Origin: Planctomycetota bacterium
Lineage (GTDB): Bacteria; Planctomycetota; SZUA-567; H5-PLA8
Direction of reading: 5' to 3'
Length of the DNA stretch: 64,000 nucleotides
NCBI GenBank assembly: GCA_045863855.1
Contig: BTVV01000021.1
Coordinates: 1-64,000 of the forward strand
Made by a program: the position numbers and the translations under genes. The notes under the pieces were generated by a model. It was given only the letters and a program-made list of their open reading frames with translations, did no database searches and was not told the DNA's origin. This document shows, piece after piece, positions 38,052 through 47,331 of the stretch; the stretch's first letter is position 1, and each line of letters begins with the position of its first letter.

Positions 38052-39686
38052 ATGAATTGCGAACAGTGCCAAGAAAAGCTGCCGGACTTCCTGCTCGACG
38101 AATTGCCTGAGCATCAGGCGATTAGCGTGCAGGAGCATCTGTTGCATTGCGCCGTCTGCATGGCTCGCTACCGCGAGCTAAAGGGCACGGGCAAGGCGAT
38201 GGAAGCCATTCCCGAATACCGCAACGTCAGCCCCACCGATCAGTTTAAGGAGACGGTTCAGACGGCCGCACGGGTGGAATCGCAGAAGATCATCGAGACG
38301 CTGCCGGCCGAAAAACGCGAACGGCTGCGCAAGCGCCAGGCCGCTCAACTGGCCAAGATGGGCGCGTCTTCCACGCTGGCCACGCATCGCCAAGCCTCGC
38401 CGTGGTCCGGCGCGGTGCTGGCGATCCTGGTCATCGGGATCGCGGTGGCAAGCATGATCCTCCTGTACCCGGGCGGGCCGACGCGCACGCCGCCGCTCGA
38501 ACTGGGTTCGCTGGACCGGGCGGTGGGCGAGGTACAGCAGTTCTACGCCAAGGCCGGGCAATCCTGGTCGCAGGTGCAGGCAGGGAAGGTGGTGCAGACC
38601 TACGACGAATTCGCGACGCGCGACGACGGCTGCGCGCGCTTCGCACTCAACGGCGGCGGCGCGGTGCTGCTGGGGCCGCTGACCGAGGTCAAATTCCGCC
38701 CGCACGAGCCCGAGAAGCAGGAACTGCTGATCCAGCTCACCAAGGGCGATTTAGGGCTCGAACGCCCGCTCAGCGGATCCGCCGGCGCTGGCCAAGGCCC
38801 GCGCGAGTGGCAGATCGCGACGAAGTCGGCCGCGATCCTTCCGCGCCCCGGCGCTCGGCTGTATGTAAAGGTCGAAGACCGGGCCGAAGGCGAAGCCGTG
38901 ACGGTTCGCGCCATCAAGGGCCAGCTCTCGGTCTCCATCGACGGAGGAGCGCCCATTGCTGTGGATGGCGGGCAGGAACTGGCCTGGATTGAAGGCGGTT
39001 CGGCGCCGGCTCCGAAAGACGGCTCGTTGCAGCCGCCGGCTTGGCGCGTGGACCTGCTAGGCGCCGAAGAACTGGCCCGCTACCTGGCCGCGCCGATCAA
39101 GGTGCTGAAGCGGCGGCCCAACGGCCTGGAAGTCGAACTGACCTACGGCTTCAAAGCCGCCGGGAGTCTGCGGGACTGGAAGCCCGCTCAGGGAGAGCGT
39201 CGGCTCGTGGCGCTTTCCAACGGAGGCATCTCGGTCCCGACCGAAGCGCGCTTCGGGCTCGACGCGCCGCTGGATGCGCCGCTCACGATCGAGATGATCG
39301 TGCGCAAGGATACGCCCAAGGAAGCGTCTTTTGCCTTCGGCGCGCTGGACGGGGACGACAGCCGCGTCAGCGTCGATCTGGGGCGCGAGGCGCTGCTGCA
39401 GATCGTCAAGGGTTCGCAGCGCCTGCGCGCGGCGCACGTGCCCTATCGGAAGCTGCCTGCCGAAAACGAGAAGCTGATCCTGAGTGTGATCCCCGAAGGC
39501 GCCGAGACGAAAGCGATCCTGCAGTGCAACGACCAGAAGACGCGCGATCTGGCGCTGGCGCCCGAACTGCTTCGTCCGGGCAAGGTCTGGCTCAGCGCGC
39601 TCGACGAAGGTCTCGTGCTCGAAGGGCTGACCGTCAGAGGCGTCCTGCCGCGCGCGTGGCTGCTGGAGCGCCTAGCAGAGGAATAG
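38052..39686 (+). CDS. Anti-sigma factor: zf-HC2 zinc finger, TM helix, FecR-like and additional periplasmic domain
   Basis: CEQC...EHLLHCAVC (HxxxCxxC), one TM helix and FecR-like VLLGPLTEV...LTKG. Lies directly downstream of the ECF sigma gene. Confidence 0.85.
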   Translation: MNCEQCQEKLPDFLLDELPEHQAISVQEHLLHCAVCMARYRELKGTGKAMEAIPEYRNVSPTDQFKETVQTAARVESQKIIETLPAEKRERLRKRQAAQLAKMGASSTLATHRQASPWSGAVLAILVIGIAVASMILLYPGGPTRTPPLELGSLDRAVGEVQQFYAKAGQSWSQVQAGKVVQTYDEFATRDDGCARFALNGGGAVLLGPLTEVKFRPHEPEKQELLIQLTKGDLGLERPLSGSAGAGQGPREWQIATKSAAILPRPGARLYVKVEDRAEGEAVTVRAIKGQLSVSIDGGAPIAVDGGQELAWIEGGSAPAPKDGSLQPPAWRVDLLGAEELARYLAAPIKVLKRRPNGLEVELTYGFKAAGSLRDWKPAQGERRLVALSNGGISVPTEARFGLDAPLDAPLTIEMIVRKDTPKEASFAFGALDGDDSRVSVDLGREALLQIVKGSQRLRAAHVPYRKLPAENEKLILSVIPEGAETKAILQCNDQKTRDLALAPELLRPGKVWLSALDEGLVLEGLTVRGVLPRAWLLERLAEE

Positions 39687-39701
39687 CCGGCGGCAAAGGG
39701 T

Positions 39702-40544
39702 TCAGTCCGGCGCTACCTCTCCGGTCTTGGCGGTTTCGGCGGCGCCGGGCTTCTTTTCCTTGTAGCCTTCCGGCACCTGGAACAGGTCTCCGGCCAGCTT
39801 GCGCCGTTCGACCGATTCGACCTTCACGACCTGCGTCTTCAGCGTGCCGCCGGCGGCCAGGTCCAGTTCGAGCTTCATCGGCAGGCGGCGGAAAACGCTC
39901 TTGTTCTCGCGCAGGAACTGCGCCATCTTCGGCCCGATGATCTGCAGCAGATACAATACCTCCGCGTTGTCGTAAGGCACTTCAAGGTCCGGGTGCAGCC
40001 AAGTGGCCAGCGGGACGTAGGCGGGATCGCGCTCGTCGACGATCCGCACCGCTTCGGCTTTGACGCCCAGCACTTCCAGTTCGGCCAAGTCCTTGGGTCG
40101 CTCGACTTTGTACGCGCGCTGGTCGTCCAGCAACGCGCGGTACAGACGCTGGGTCTGTTCGCGCTGCTTGCCTTCGGGGAGCGCCTCCAGATCTTCGCGG
40201 ATCTTCTGCTTGCGCTTCTCGATCCGCTCTTTGCGGCCGTCGAAAGATTCGGTGAGCTTGTTCAGCTTCTCGTGATCGAGGTTGACGATCTGGCGGGCCT
40301 TGAAATCGATCAGATAGCTTTCGGTGGGCTGCTTGCTGGGACCGGCGTACTCGTCGATACGCACCGCATCGGCCGTGAGGTAGAGCTTCTGGCGGATGTC
40401 CTTCGCTTCGACGCCGTCTTTCTCTTGCCGGACGATGGAATAGTCCTGCTCGACGTACATGACCGAGTCTGCCGCGGCGGCCATGCCCAGCGTCGCCAGC
40501 ACCATGGCCATCAAAATGGAGAACCGCTTGCATGCACCTGCCAT
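39702..40544 (-). CDS. Hypothetical secreted protein (DUF4412-like pattern)
   Basis: Signal peptide, VRIDE..YLID and C-terminal DLFQVPEGYKE. Confidence 0.72.
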   Translation of the reverse strand: MAGACKRFSILMAMVLATLGMAAAADSVMYVEQDYSIVRQEKDGVEAKDIRQKLYLTADAVRIDEYAGPSKQPTESYLIDFKARQIVNLDHEKLNKLTESFDGRKERIEKRKQKIREDLEALPEGKQREQTQRLYRALLDDQRAYKVERPKDLAELEVLGVKAEAVRIVDERDPAYVPLATWLHPDLEVPYDNAEVLYLLQIIGPKMAQFLRENKSVFRRLPMKLELDLAAGGTLKTQVVKVESVERRKLAGDLFQVPEGYKEKKPGAAETAKTGEVAPD

Positions 40545-40804
40545 TTCAGCTTCCCTTCTCTCGCTTTTGAATCGGATGAAACAAACGCAAGGCACCGAGT
40601 AGGACGAAGCCCGAATCGACCTCTTCAGAGGACTTAACAGTCTCGGCCATGCAGGCTACCATTCTTGCACGAATTGTAGCTTCTCGTAACGAAAAAGAGT
40701 GCACAGTTGGATTGGACGGGCTATAGTGATGCAAGGTATATTTACCATCTTATACCATTAGGTACGTTAATCTTTTGGGACGCGTACGGAGGAGTGCGCG
40801 AATC

Positions 40805-41200
40805 ATGCCCTTCCGCGTGCTGATCGTCGACGACGAACCCGATCTGGCCAGCTTGATGTGTGCGTTCTTGGCAGACATGAATTGCGTGCCTGAAGCCGTG
40901 CATGAGGCCGAAGCAGCTTACGCGTGGTGCCGTAAACAAACACCGGATTTGGTCTTCCTCGATATGCACTTGGGCGATCAGGAAGGCTTGGCGGTTTTCC
41001 GCCAGTTGCGCGCCCTGGTGCCTCGTCTGCCGGTGGTGGTTATCAGCGGTATGGACGGCGAAGATGAACTGGCCGCCAGCGGCATCCAGCAGCCGCACTT
41101 GTTCTTACAGAAGCCTTTCGGTCCCGTGGAAATCAAGACCGCGCTCGACCGCCTCCTTCCGCCGGCATCCCAAAGCAAGGCTCACGGCGCCGGAAGCTAA
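40805..41200 (+). CDS. Single-domain response regulator (CheY-like receiver)
   Basis: VLIVDDE, PDLVFLD, VVISG and FLQKPF. Confidence 0.92.
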   Translation: MPFRVLIVDDEPDLASLMCAFLADMNCVPEAVHEAEAAYAWCRKQTPDLVFLDMHLGDQEGLAVFRQLRALVPRLPVVVISGMDGEDELAASGIQQPHLFLQKPFGPVEIKTALDRLLPPASQSKAHGAGS

Positions 41201-41402
41201 GCTCCAGCCTGTGGGATGCTCCAATCCTCGTTCACAGACACAACGCCAGACGGAGGTCGTTTTCGCCATGCCGTAGCTGCCGTAATAGTACGATTTTTCA
41301 TTTGCAGCGATTCCATAATCTCTATCAATAAAATGACTTAGGCGAATACCGCAAGGTCTTCGTGGATGTCTTACCGCACCTCAAGACGTTATCTCGTGCG
41401 AT

Positions 41403-41418
41403 TGGTCCGACCCTTGCA
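41403..41418 (+). promoter_or_regulatory. Putative sigma54 (-24/-12) promoter
   Basis: TGGTCCGACCCTTGCA has GG and TTGC at canonical spacing. An IHF-like TATCAATAAAATG lies at 41323-41335. Confidence 0.55.
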
Positions 41419-41491
41419 TTTCCACCATTGGCAGGCAGGAAATTTCCGAATCGGCGGAAGGATTTAACGCTGATCGACGGAGGATACGCAC

Positions 41492-41914
41492 ATGCGCCTG
41501 AACGCTTGCAGGATTTGGGAGACGGTTCGAATGGTGGAAGGGCGCGAGGCGCAGTTCGCGGATCGATTCTTTAAGTCCTTGAGCATCGAACGGCCGAGCT
41601 TATTCCGCAAGGTGGCGAACTGGTCGAAGGAAGACCGGCACGATCTGCTGGTGACGTACCTCAATGCGCTGCTGCGGCCGATGGCGACTCCGGGGACGCT
41701 GGTGTTGACGGTCAAGGCGATGCGGCGGATGGCGGATGAGGCGGGGATGGGCGATGAGGATATGAGTGCGCTGCACCATGCGTTGGAAGGCGCGGTTGGC
41801 GAGACCGTCGGGCACCTTATGGATACTGAACATAAGCAGGCTTGGAGTGAGGGTTTACAGATCGTCATGGACCTCTTGAACGCTGAGCAAATGGCGCTGC
41901 CGCTGGCTTCGTAA
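41492..41914 (+). CDS. Globin-like protein apparently lacking the proximal His
   Basis: GGAGG RBS, and a globin helix pattern FADRFF..L and GM.DEDM..L..AL..AVGE.VG..MD.E.KQAW....IV. Confidence 0.6.
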   Translation: MRLNACRIWETVRMVEGREAQFADRFFKSLSIERPSLFRKVANWSKEDRHDLLVTYLNALLRPMATPGTLVLTVKAMRRMADEAGMGDEDMSALHHALEGAVGETVGHLMDTEHKQAWSEGLQIVMDLLNAEQMALPLAS

Positions 41915-42098
41915 TCTTCTCATTTTGATTCCCTAACATGGCACGGGTGGCGCGGGCTGGGGATAGGCCGCTTCGCGGCCAGTTATTTTCCGCACCAACT
42001 CTTTTTTCACTCTCAGGTTAGCGCGCGCGGGTTCCGATACCGAACAGGTACGCCAAAGGAGGGGCTGACGAGCCCTAACGTGGCGTCCAACGAACCCG

Positions 42099-42944
42099 AT
42101 GCCGAGCGCCACTTCCAACCCCTCGCGGCTCCTGCCGCTCCTGCTGGCAACGTCGCTGGCCATGCTCCTGGTGCCTCAAGCCCAGGTGCTGACCCTGCGC
42201 AGCCACGCGCTTTCGGCGTTAAGCCCCTTGCTGACATTTTTCCACGATGCGACGCGCGGCTTGAACGCGCCGCCGGCGGCTTCGGCGGAAGCGCCGAACT
42301 CGTCCTCTGCGGCGGGCGTTCCCGATGCGCGGGTGCGGGATCTGGAAATCCGTTGCGCGCGGCTGGCCGACGAGAACGCGCGCTTGCAGGCGATGCTGGC
42401 GGCGGCGGGCTTCGGACAAGCTCGAGCGCCGCGAGGCGTGGCGGCGCGGGTGATCGCGCGCGAAGGGCGTTCGGGCAGCACGCTGTGGGGGCTCGATCAG
42501 GGCAGCGCCGAGGGCGTGGCCGTGGGCGCGGGCGTGCTGTACGGCGGGATGGCGCTGGGCCGGATCGTCTCGGTGGGTCCGCACGCGAGTTGTGTGGCTC
42601 CGCTGGCGCACGAAGGTTTGCGCCTGCCGGCGCGCTTGGCCGAATGCCAGGCCGAAGGGGTGTTGCAGGGCGGCGCCGACGAGTGGGGCCGGCCGCGCTG
42701 CCGCTTGCGCCTGGTGGCGTCCGAACTGCGCGCGCGGGTGGGCGAGGCGGTGGTGACCACCGGGCGCGAAGCGGGTTTCCCGCCGAGTTGCTTTCTGGGT
42801 CAGGTGACGGCGCTGCGGCGTTTGAGCGAGATGGAGTGGGAACTGGACGTCCAGCCGGCGTGGCCGGAACGGGCGATCGAGGCGGTGGTCGTGTACCGGC
42901 CCGAGGCGGCGGAGATTCCGTGGCCGGCGGAGCGGAAGCGATAG
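42099..42944 (+). CDS. mreC: Rod shape-determining protein MreC
   Basis: LADENARLQAML coiled coil, AARVIAR, LDQGSAEGV, GRIVSVG and GEAVVTTG...FP. Gene order agrees. Confidence 0.88.
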   Translation: MPSATSNPSRLLPLLLATSLAMLLVPQAQVLTLRSHALSALSPLLTFFHDATRGLNAPPAASAEAPNSSSAAGVPDARVRDLEIRCARLADENARLQAMLAAAGFGQARAPRGVAARVIAREGRSGSTLWGLDQGSAEGVAVGAGVLYGGMALGRIVSVGPHASCVAPLAHEGLRLPARLAECQAEGVLQGGADEWGRPRCRLRLVASELRARVGEAVVTTGREAGFPPSCFLGQVTALRRLSEMEWELDVQPAWPERAIEAVVVYRPEAAEIPWPAERKR

Positions 42945-42955
42945 GCGGACACGAG

Positions 42956-43507
42956 ATGCGGGTTTTCGGCGTACTCAGCGCGATCTGGCTGGCGGTGGCG
43001 GTGGTGCAGCAGACGGTGCTGCCGGTATTCCTGCCGGCGGCGTGGCGGCCGGACGTGGCGCTGGCGGCGGGCATGGCTTCGCTGGCGTTTCTGCCGGCGC
43101 GGACGGGATTGCTGTTCGTCTTCGCGCTGGGCGTGCAATCGGATCTGCTGGCTTCGCCGCGCTTGGGCGCGCTGACGGTCTGCTATCTCTTCGCGGCGTG
43201 GCTGGTGCGGCTTCCGGAGCGCGACCTGATCCGCGGCGGCCCTTGGAGCGCGTGGCTGGCGGCGGCGGCGGGAACGTTCTTCGCGTACGGGGCGTATGCG
43301 TTCGTCGGCGCGCTGGCGGGCGAGACGTGGTTCGTGGCCGAGGGCTTCGAGCGCGCGTTTCAGCACACGTTGGCGGCGCTGGGCGCGGGCGGCGTGGCGG
43401 CGTTCGCATTGGCCGAGTTGTACGCCTGGACGGGGCTGCTGGGTCCTGGCGCGCTGCAGCGGCGGCGGCCGGACGATTTCGGGCGGCCGTATTTGCGGCA
43501 GGCGTAA
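42956..43507 (+). CDS. mreD: Rod shape-determining protein MreD
   Basis: Polytopic hydrophobic protein with RPDVAL and FALGVQSDLL..LG, located between mreC and mrdA. Confidence 0.82.
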   Translation: MRVFGVLSAIWLAVAVVQQTVLPVFLPAAWRPDVALAAGMASLAFLPARTGLLFVFALGVQSDLLASPRLGALTVCYLFAAWLVRLPERDLIRGGPWSAWLAAAAGTFFAYGAYAFVGALAGETWFVAEGFERAFQHTLAALGAGGVAAFALAELYAWTGLLGPGALQRRRPDDFGRPYLRQA

Positions 43508-43612
43508 ACGCATTTCGGATTGCACGGCGCGCGGCAAGGGCGGCTTACGGGGTTTCTGGCGGCTGAACGGCAGGCCGGTCGGATGGCGGCAAACCAGGAT
43601 TAGGCGGGCGGC

Positions 43613-45883
43613 ATGTTTCGGTTTCGGGTCCACGTGTTGAGCGCGCTGCTGATCGCCGCCTTCGGGCTGGTGCTGGGGCGGTTGGCGCAGTTGCAACTCG
43701 TGCGGCACGAGGTCTATCTCGCCGCGCGGGCGCACCAGACGCGGCCGCAGGTCGAGGCGCGTGCGCCGAAGCGCGGATCGATCCTGGACCGCGACGGGCG
43801 GGTGCTGGCCGCCGATGTGCCGAGCTTCGATCTGGCCGTGCGCGCCGACAAGCTTCCGTTCGAACGCGTGACGCTGAACGAGATTCGCGCCGCCCGGCGC
43901 CAGGCGCGAACGCCCGACGAACTGGCGCGTGCGTTCGCCGCTTTGGAGGCGCGATTGGCGGGCGAAGGGTGGACGCGGGCGCTGGCGGCGCGGATCGGAC
44001 GCGCGCCGGAAGAACTGGCGCAGGGGCTTTTGCGTGCGCTGGACCGCGTGGCGCGGGGCTGGGAGCGCGCAACGACGCCGGTGCCTTTCGCGAGCGGGAT
44101 CGACGCGGCAGTCTGGAACGCGCTGCGCGCGGCGCAGGAAGACGCGTTCTTCGCCCAGGCGGCGCAAGGGGTGCCGGCCGCGGCGAGTCTGACGGCGCCG
44201 GTGCGCGAAGCGGCGCCGGGTCCGTATTTCGCCGGCTTGACGTGCCTCACGTCGGTCCGCCGGGCGTATCCGCACGGTACGTTCCTGGCGCACGTGCTGG
44301 GGACGCTGGGCGAGTTGCACCCGGATCAGCTCGAGCAACTGCGCGCGCGCGGGGTGCTGGTGGACCGGTTGGAAGACCGGGAGCGGATCTGGTCGGAAAC
44401 GCTGGGGGCATGGCCGGTGGAGCACCGCCGTCAGGCCGCGGCGCTTTTGGGCGCCGATCCTGCGACGCTGAGCGTTCCGGCGCTGCTGTCGGTGCTGCGT
44501 GGTTTGGACGATGCGGGCCGTCGGGCGGCGCGGGCGCTGGGCTTGGGCGACGCGCTGCGCTGGAGCGACGCGCCGCCGCGGGTGGCGCTGGGCGAGGCCG
44601 AACGTTTCTGGCTGGGCGAGGACTTGACGCAATCGCTGCGGCGGACGGCGCCGGCGGCGCTGCCCGATACGCGGATCGGCGAGAGCGGCGTGGAGGCTTG
44701 GCATAACCAGTTGCTGCGCGGCGAGAGCGGATTGAGCTTCCGGCTCGACGGACTCGAGGAAGCGCAGCGCGCGCTGCACCGCGATATCGCGGCGCGGCAG
44801 GGGGCGAATGTGCGCCTGACGATTTCCTCGGCGTGGCAGCGCGCGGCCGAAGAAGCGCTGGCTTCGCAGGGTCATCCGGGAGCGGTGGTGGTGCTGGATT
44901 GCCGTAGCGGCGAGGTTCTGGCGCTGGCGAGCGGCCCGGCGTTCGATCCGAATCTTTTTGCTCCGCCGCGCGAAGGCGCACCGCGGCAAGCGGCCTTGAA
45001 GGCGCTGCTGGAGGATGCGCGGCTGCCGTTGTTGAACCGCGCGGCCTCGGGGCAGTATCCGCTGGGCAGCGTGATGAAGGCGCTGGTGGCGGCGGCGGCG
45101 CTGGAACTGGGGCAGCTCGACCCGCACGCCGGCCTGTCCTGTCCGGGGCACGTGGACGAGGGCGGGCGGCGCTTTCATTGCGACGGGCGGCGGCCGCACG
45201 GGCTGGTCGATCTGGACCAGGCGCTGCGGCGGAGCTGCAACGTGTACTTCTACCGGCTGGGCGCGAAGGTGGGCGCGGAGGCTCTGGGCCGCTTTGCGTA
45301 CGCGGCGGGGCTGGGCCGGCGGACGGAACTGGACCTGCCGGGCGAAGCGGGGGGCGCGTACCCCGACTCGGTGTGGCGCGCGCGGCATCTGCCGGGGCAG
45401 AGCTGGTCGCGCGGGAAGGATTTTCTGACGGCGATCGGGCAAGGCTACGTATCGGCGACGCCGCTGCAGGCGGCGGCGCTGATGGCGTGCCTGGCCAACG
45501 GCGGGCGTCCGGTGACGCCGCGGCTGTGGGCCGATGCGCCCGCCGAAGCGCCGGCGGCGCCGGTCTTCTCGGCGCAGACGGCCGCGCTGGTGCGGCGGGG
45601 CTTGGACGAAGCGGTGAACGTCGGGACGCCGGGCGCGATGGGCACGGCGTACAAAGCGTTTCATCAGGGCGTCGCGCCGCTGCCGGTGCGCGTGGCGGGC
45701 AAGACGGGGACGGCCGACGTGACCGACGAGCAGCCGCCGCATGCGTGGTTCGCGGGGTACGCTCCGGCGCACGCCCCGCAGGTGGCGTTCTGCGTCTTCG
45801 TGGAGCACGGCGGGCACGGCGGCGACGTGGCCGCACCGCTGGCGTACCGGATGCTGCGGGCGGTGTATGGGGGAGGCCGATAG
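43613..45883 (+). CDS. mrdA: Class B penicillin-binding protein 2
   Basis: PKRGSILDRDG, RRAYPHG and GESGVE, plus the catalytic SVMK, SCN and KTGTA motifs. Confidence 0.92.
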   Translation: MFRFRVHVLSALLIAAFGLVLGRLAQLQLVRHEVYLAARAHQTRPQVEARAPKRGSILDRDGRVLAADVPSFDLAVRADKLPFERVTLNEIRAARRQARTPDELARAFAALEARLAGEGWTRALAARIGRAPEELAQGLLRALDRVARGWERATTPVPFASGIDAAVWNALRAAQEDAFFAQAAQGVPAAASLTAPVREAAPGPYFAGLTCLTSVRRAYPHGTFLAHVLGTLGELHPDQLEQLRARGVLVDRLEDRERIWSETLGAWPVEHRRQAAALLGADPATLSVPALLSVLRGLDDAGRRAARALGLGDALRWSDAPPRVALGEAERFWLGEDLTQSLRRTAPAALPDTRIGESGVEAWHNQLLRGESGLSFRLDGLEEAQRALHRDIAARQGANVRLTISSAWQRAAEEALASQGHPGAVVVLDCRSGEVLALASGPAFDPNLFAPPREGAPRQAALKALLEDARLPLLNRAASGQYPLGSVMKALVAAAALELGQLDPHAGLSCPGHVDEGGRRFHCDGRRPHGLVDLDQALRRSCNVYFYRLGAKVGAEALGRFAYAAGLGRRTELDLPGEAGGAYPDSVWRARHLPGQSWSRGKDFLTAIGQGYVSATPLQAAALMACLANGGRPVTPRLWADAPAEAPAAPVFSAQTAALVRRGLDEAVNVGTPGAMGTAYKAFHQGVAPLPVRVAGKTGTADVTDEQPPHAWFAGYAPAHAPQVAFCVFVEHGGHGGDVAAPLAYRMLRAVYGGGR

Positions 45884-45984
45884 GGCGATTGGGGATTTCG
45901 CTCATTGGCTTGCGCGCCGGTCCGCGTGATTGGGTTGTCTGGAGCGTGCATCTTTAATATTCGTGGCCATGGGAAGCAGGTTCG

Positions 45985-47145
45985 ATGAATCAGGTCTGGC
46001 AGACGACGACGCATCGGGCGGCTCCGGTTTCGGTGCGGTGGCTGGACCATCTGGTCCGGCTGGACTGGTTTCTGCTGGGCTGCGTGGCGCTGATCGTGGC
46101 GCTGGGGACGGTGTTCATCGCGAGCGCCGGGGGCGGCGGGGCGTCGATCGGCTGGGGCTTGCTGTTGCGGCACGGCGCGTACGTGGCGCTGGGTCTGGCG
46201 GCGTTCGTGGCGGTGCAGCGGGCGGACTATCTGGTGCTGCTGCGCTGGTCGCCGGTGCTCTACGTGGTGCTGCTGGGGCTGCTGGTGGCGGTCCTGTTCA
46301 CGCGGCCGATCAACGGGGCGCGGAGCTGGTTCAACCTGTACGTGGTCAACTTGCAGCCGTCGGAACTGATGAAGCCGGTGCTGGTGCTGGCGGTGGCGCA
46401 TTACCTGATGTACCGCGAGAGCTACAAGCGGCTCTCGGGCCTGCTGATTCCGCTGGCGCTGTTCCTGGTGCCGATGGCGCTGATACTGCGGCAGCCGGAT
46501 CTGGGCACGGCGATGGTGCTGGTGCCGATCGCGTTCGCGATGCTGTACGCGGCAGGCGCGAAGAAGACGGATCTGGCGCTGGTGAATCTGGCGGGGATCG
46601 CCGGCATGGTGGGCATGTGGTACTGGGTGATGAAGCCGTACCAGCAGCGGCGCATCCTGGCCTGGCTGGACCCCGAACAGTACCGGCACCACGAGGCTTG
46701 GCAGCTCTTGCAGTCGGAGATCGCGATCGGGAGCGGCGGGCTGTGGGGCACCGGCTGGAGCAGCGCTCACGCCAACGCGCAGCGCTTTCTGCCCGAGAAG
46801 CACACCGACTTCATCTTCGCGGTGATCGCCGAAGAGGGCGGCTTTCTGCTCGCCGGGCTCCTGCTGCTGCTCTTCCTGCTGCTCGCGCTGGCGGGCCTGC
46901 GCATCGCTCGGCGGGTGCGCGAACCGGCCGGGCGGCTGATCGCGGTGGGCGTCTCGGTCCTGATTGCCGGGCAAGCGCTGATCAACGCCGGCGTGGCCGT
47001 GGGCCTTTTGCCCACGACGGGCCTGACGCTTCCTCTGGTCTCCTACGGCGGGAGTTCGCTGATCAGCTCGTTCCTCTGCCTGGGCCTGCTGGCGAATGTA
47101 GGCGCAAAGCAGGAGGTGGTGTTGGCAGGGGAGGATTTCAGATGA
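45985..47145 (+). CDS. rodA: SEDS peptidoglycan glycosyltransferase RodA
   Basis: NGARSW, QPSELMK, QPDLGTA, IGSGG, LPEKHTDFIF..IAEE and LPLVSYGGSS. Directly follows mrdA. Confidence 0.93.
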   Translation: MNQVWQTTTHRAAPVSVRWLDHLVRLDWFLLGCVALIVALGTVFIASAGGGGASIGWGLLLRHGAYVALGLAAFVAVQRADYLVLLRWSPVLYVVLLGLLVAVLFTRPINGARSWFNLYVVNLQPSELMKPVLVLAVAHYLMYRESYKRLSGLLIPLALFLVPMALILRQPDLGTAMVLVPIAFAMLYAAGAKKTDLALVNLAGIAGMVGMWYWVMKPYQQRRILAWLDPEQYRHHEAWQLLQSEIAIGSGGLWGTGWSSAHANAQRFLPEKHTDFIFAVIAEEGGFLLAGLLLLLFLLLALAGLRIARRVREPAGRLIAVGVSVLIAGQALINAGVAVGLLPTTGLTLPLVSYGGSSLISSFLCLGLLANVGAKQEVVLAGEDFR

Positions 47146-47331
47146 GAGGGGAAGGCAAAGAGTAAAAGTAAATCGCGATCGAGGGCGTGGTATGCGTTGT
47201 GTGGTGCGTGATGCGTGGTGCTGATGGGCGAGGAGTGGTTGGTCGGTCTGCCGTTCTTAAATTACTTTTTGCCTCACCTGTCTCTCCCGCCTCACCTTTC
47301 CTCTCCGGCCCTCTCGCTTTAGCATGAATCG

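Noticed and set aside
42800..45817. Very long antisense ORFs (1005 aa here; also 28060-30612, 1295-2971, 4189-6042, 59852-61429)
   Set aside because: They are Arg/Pro/Ala-rich shadow frames of real genes in high-GC DNA and have no recognisable motifs.
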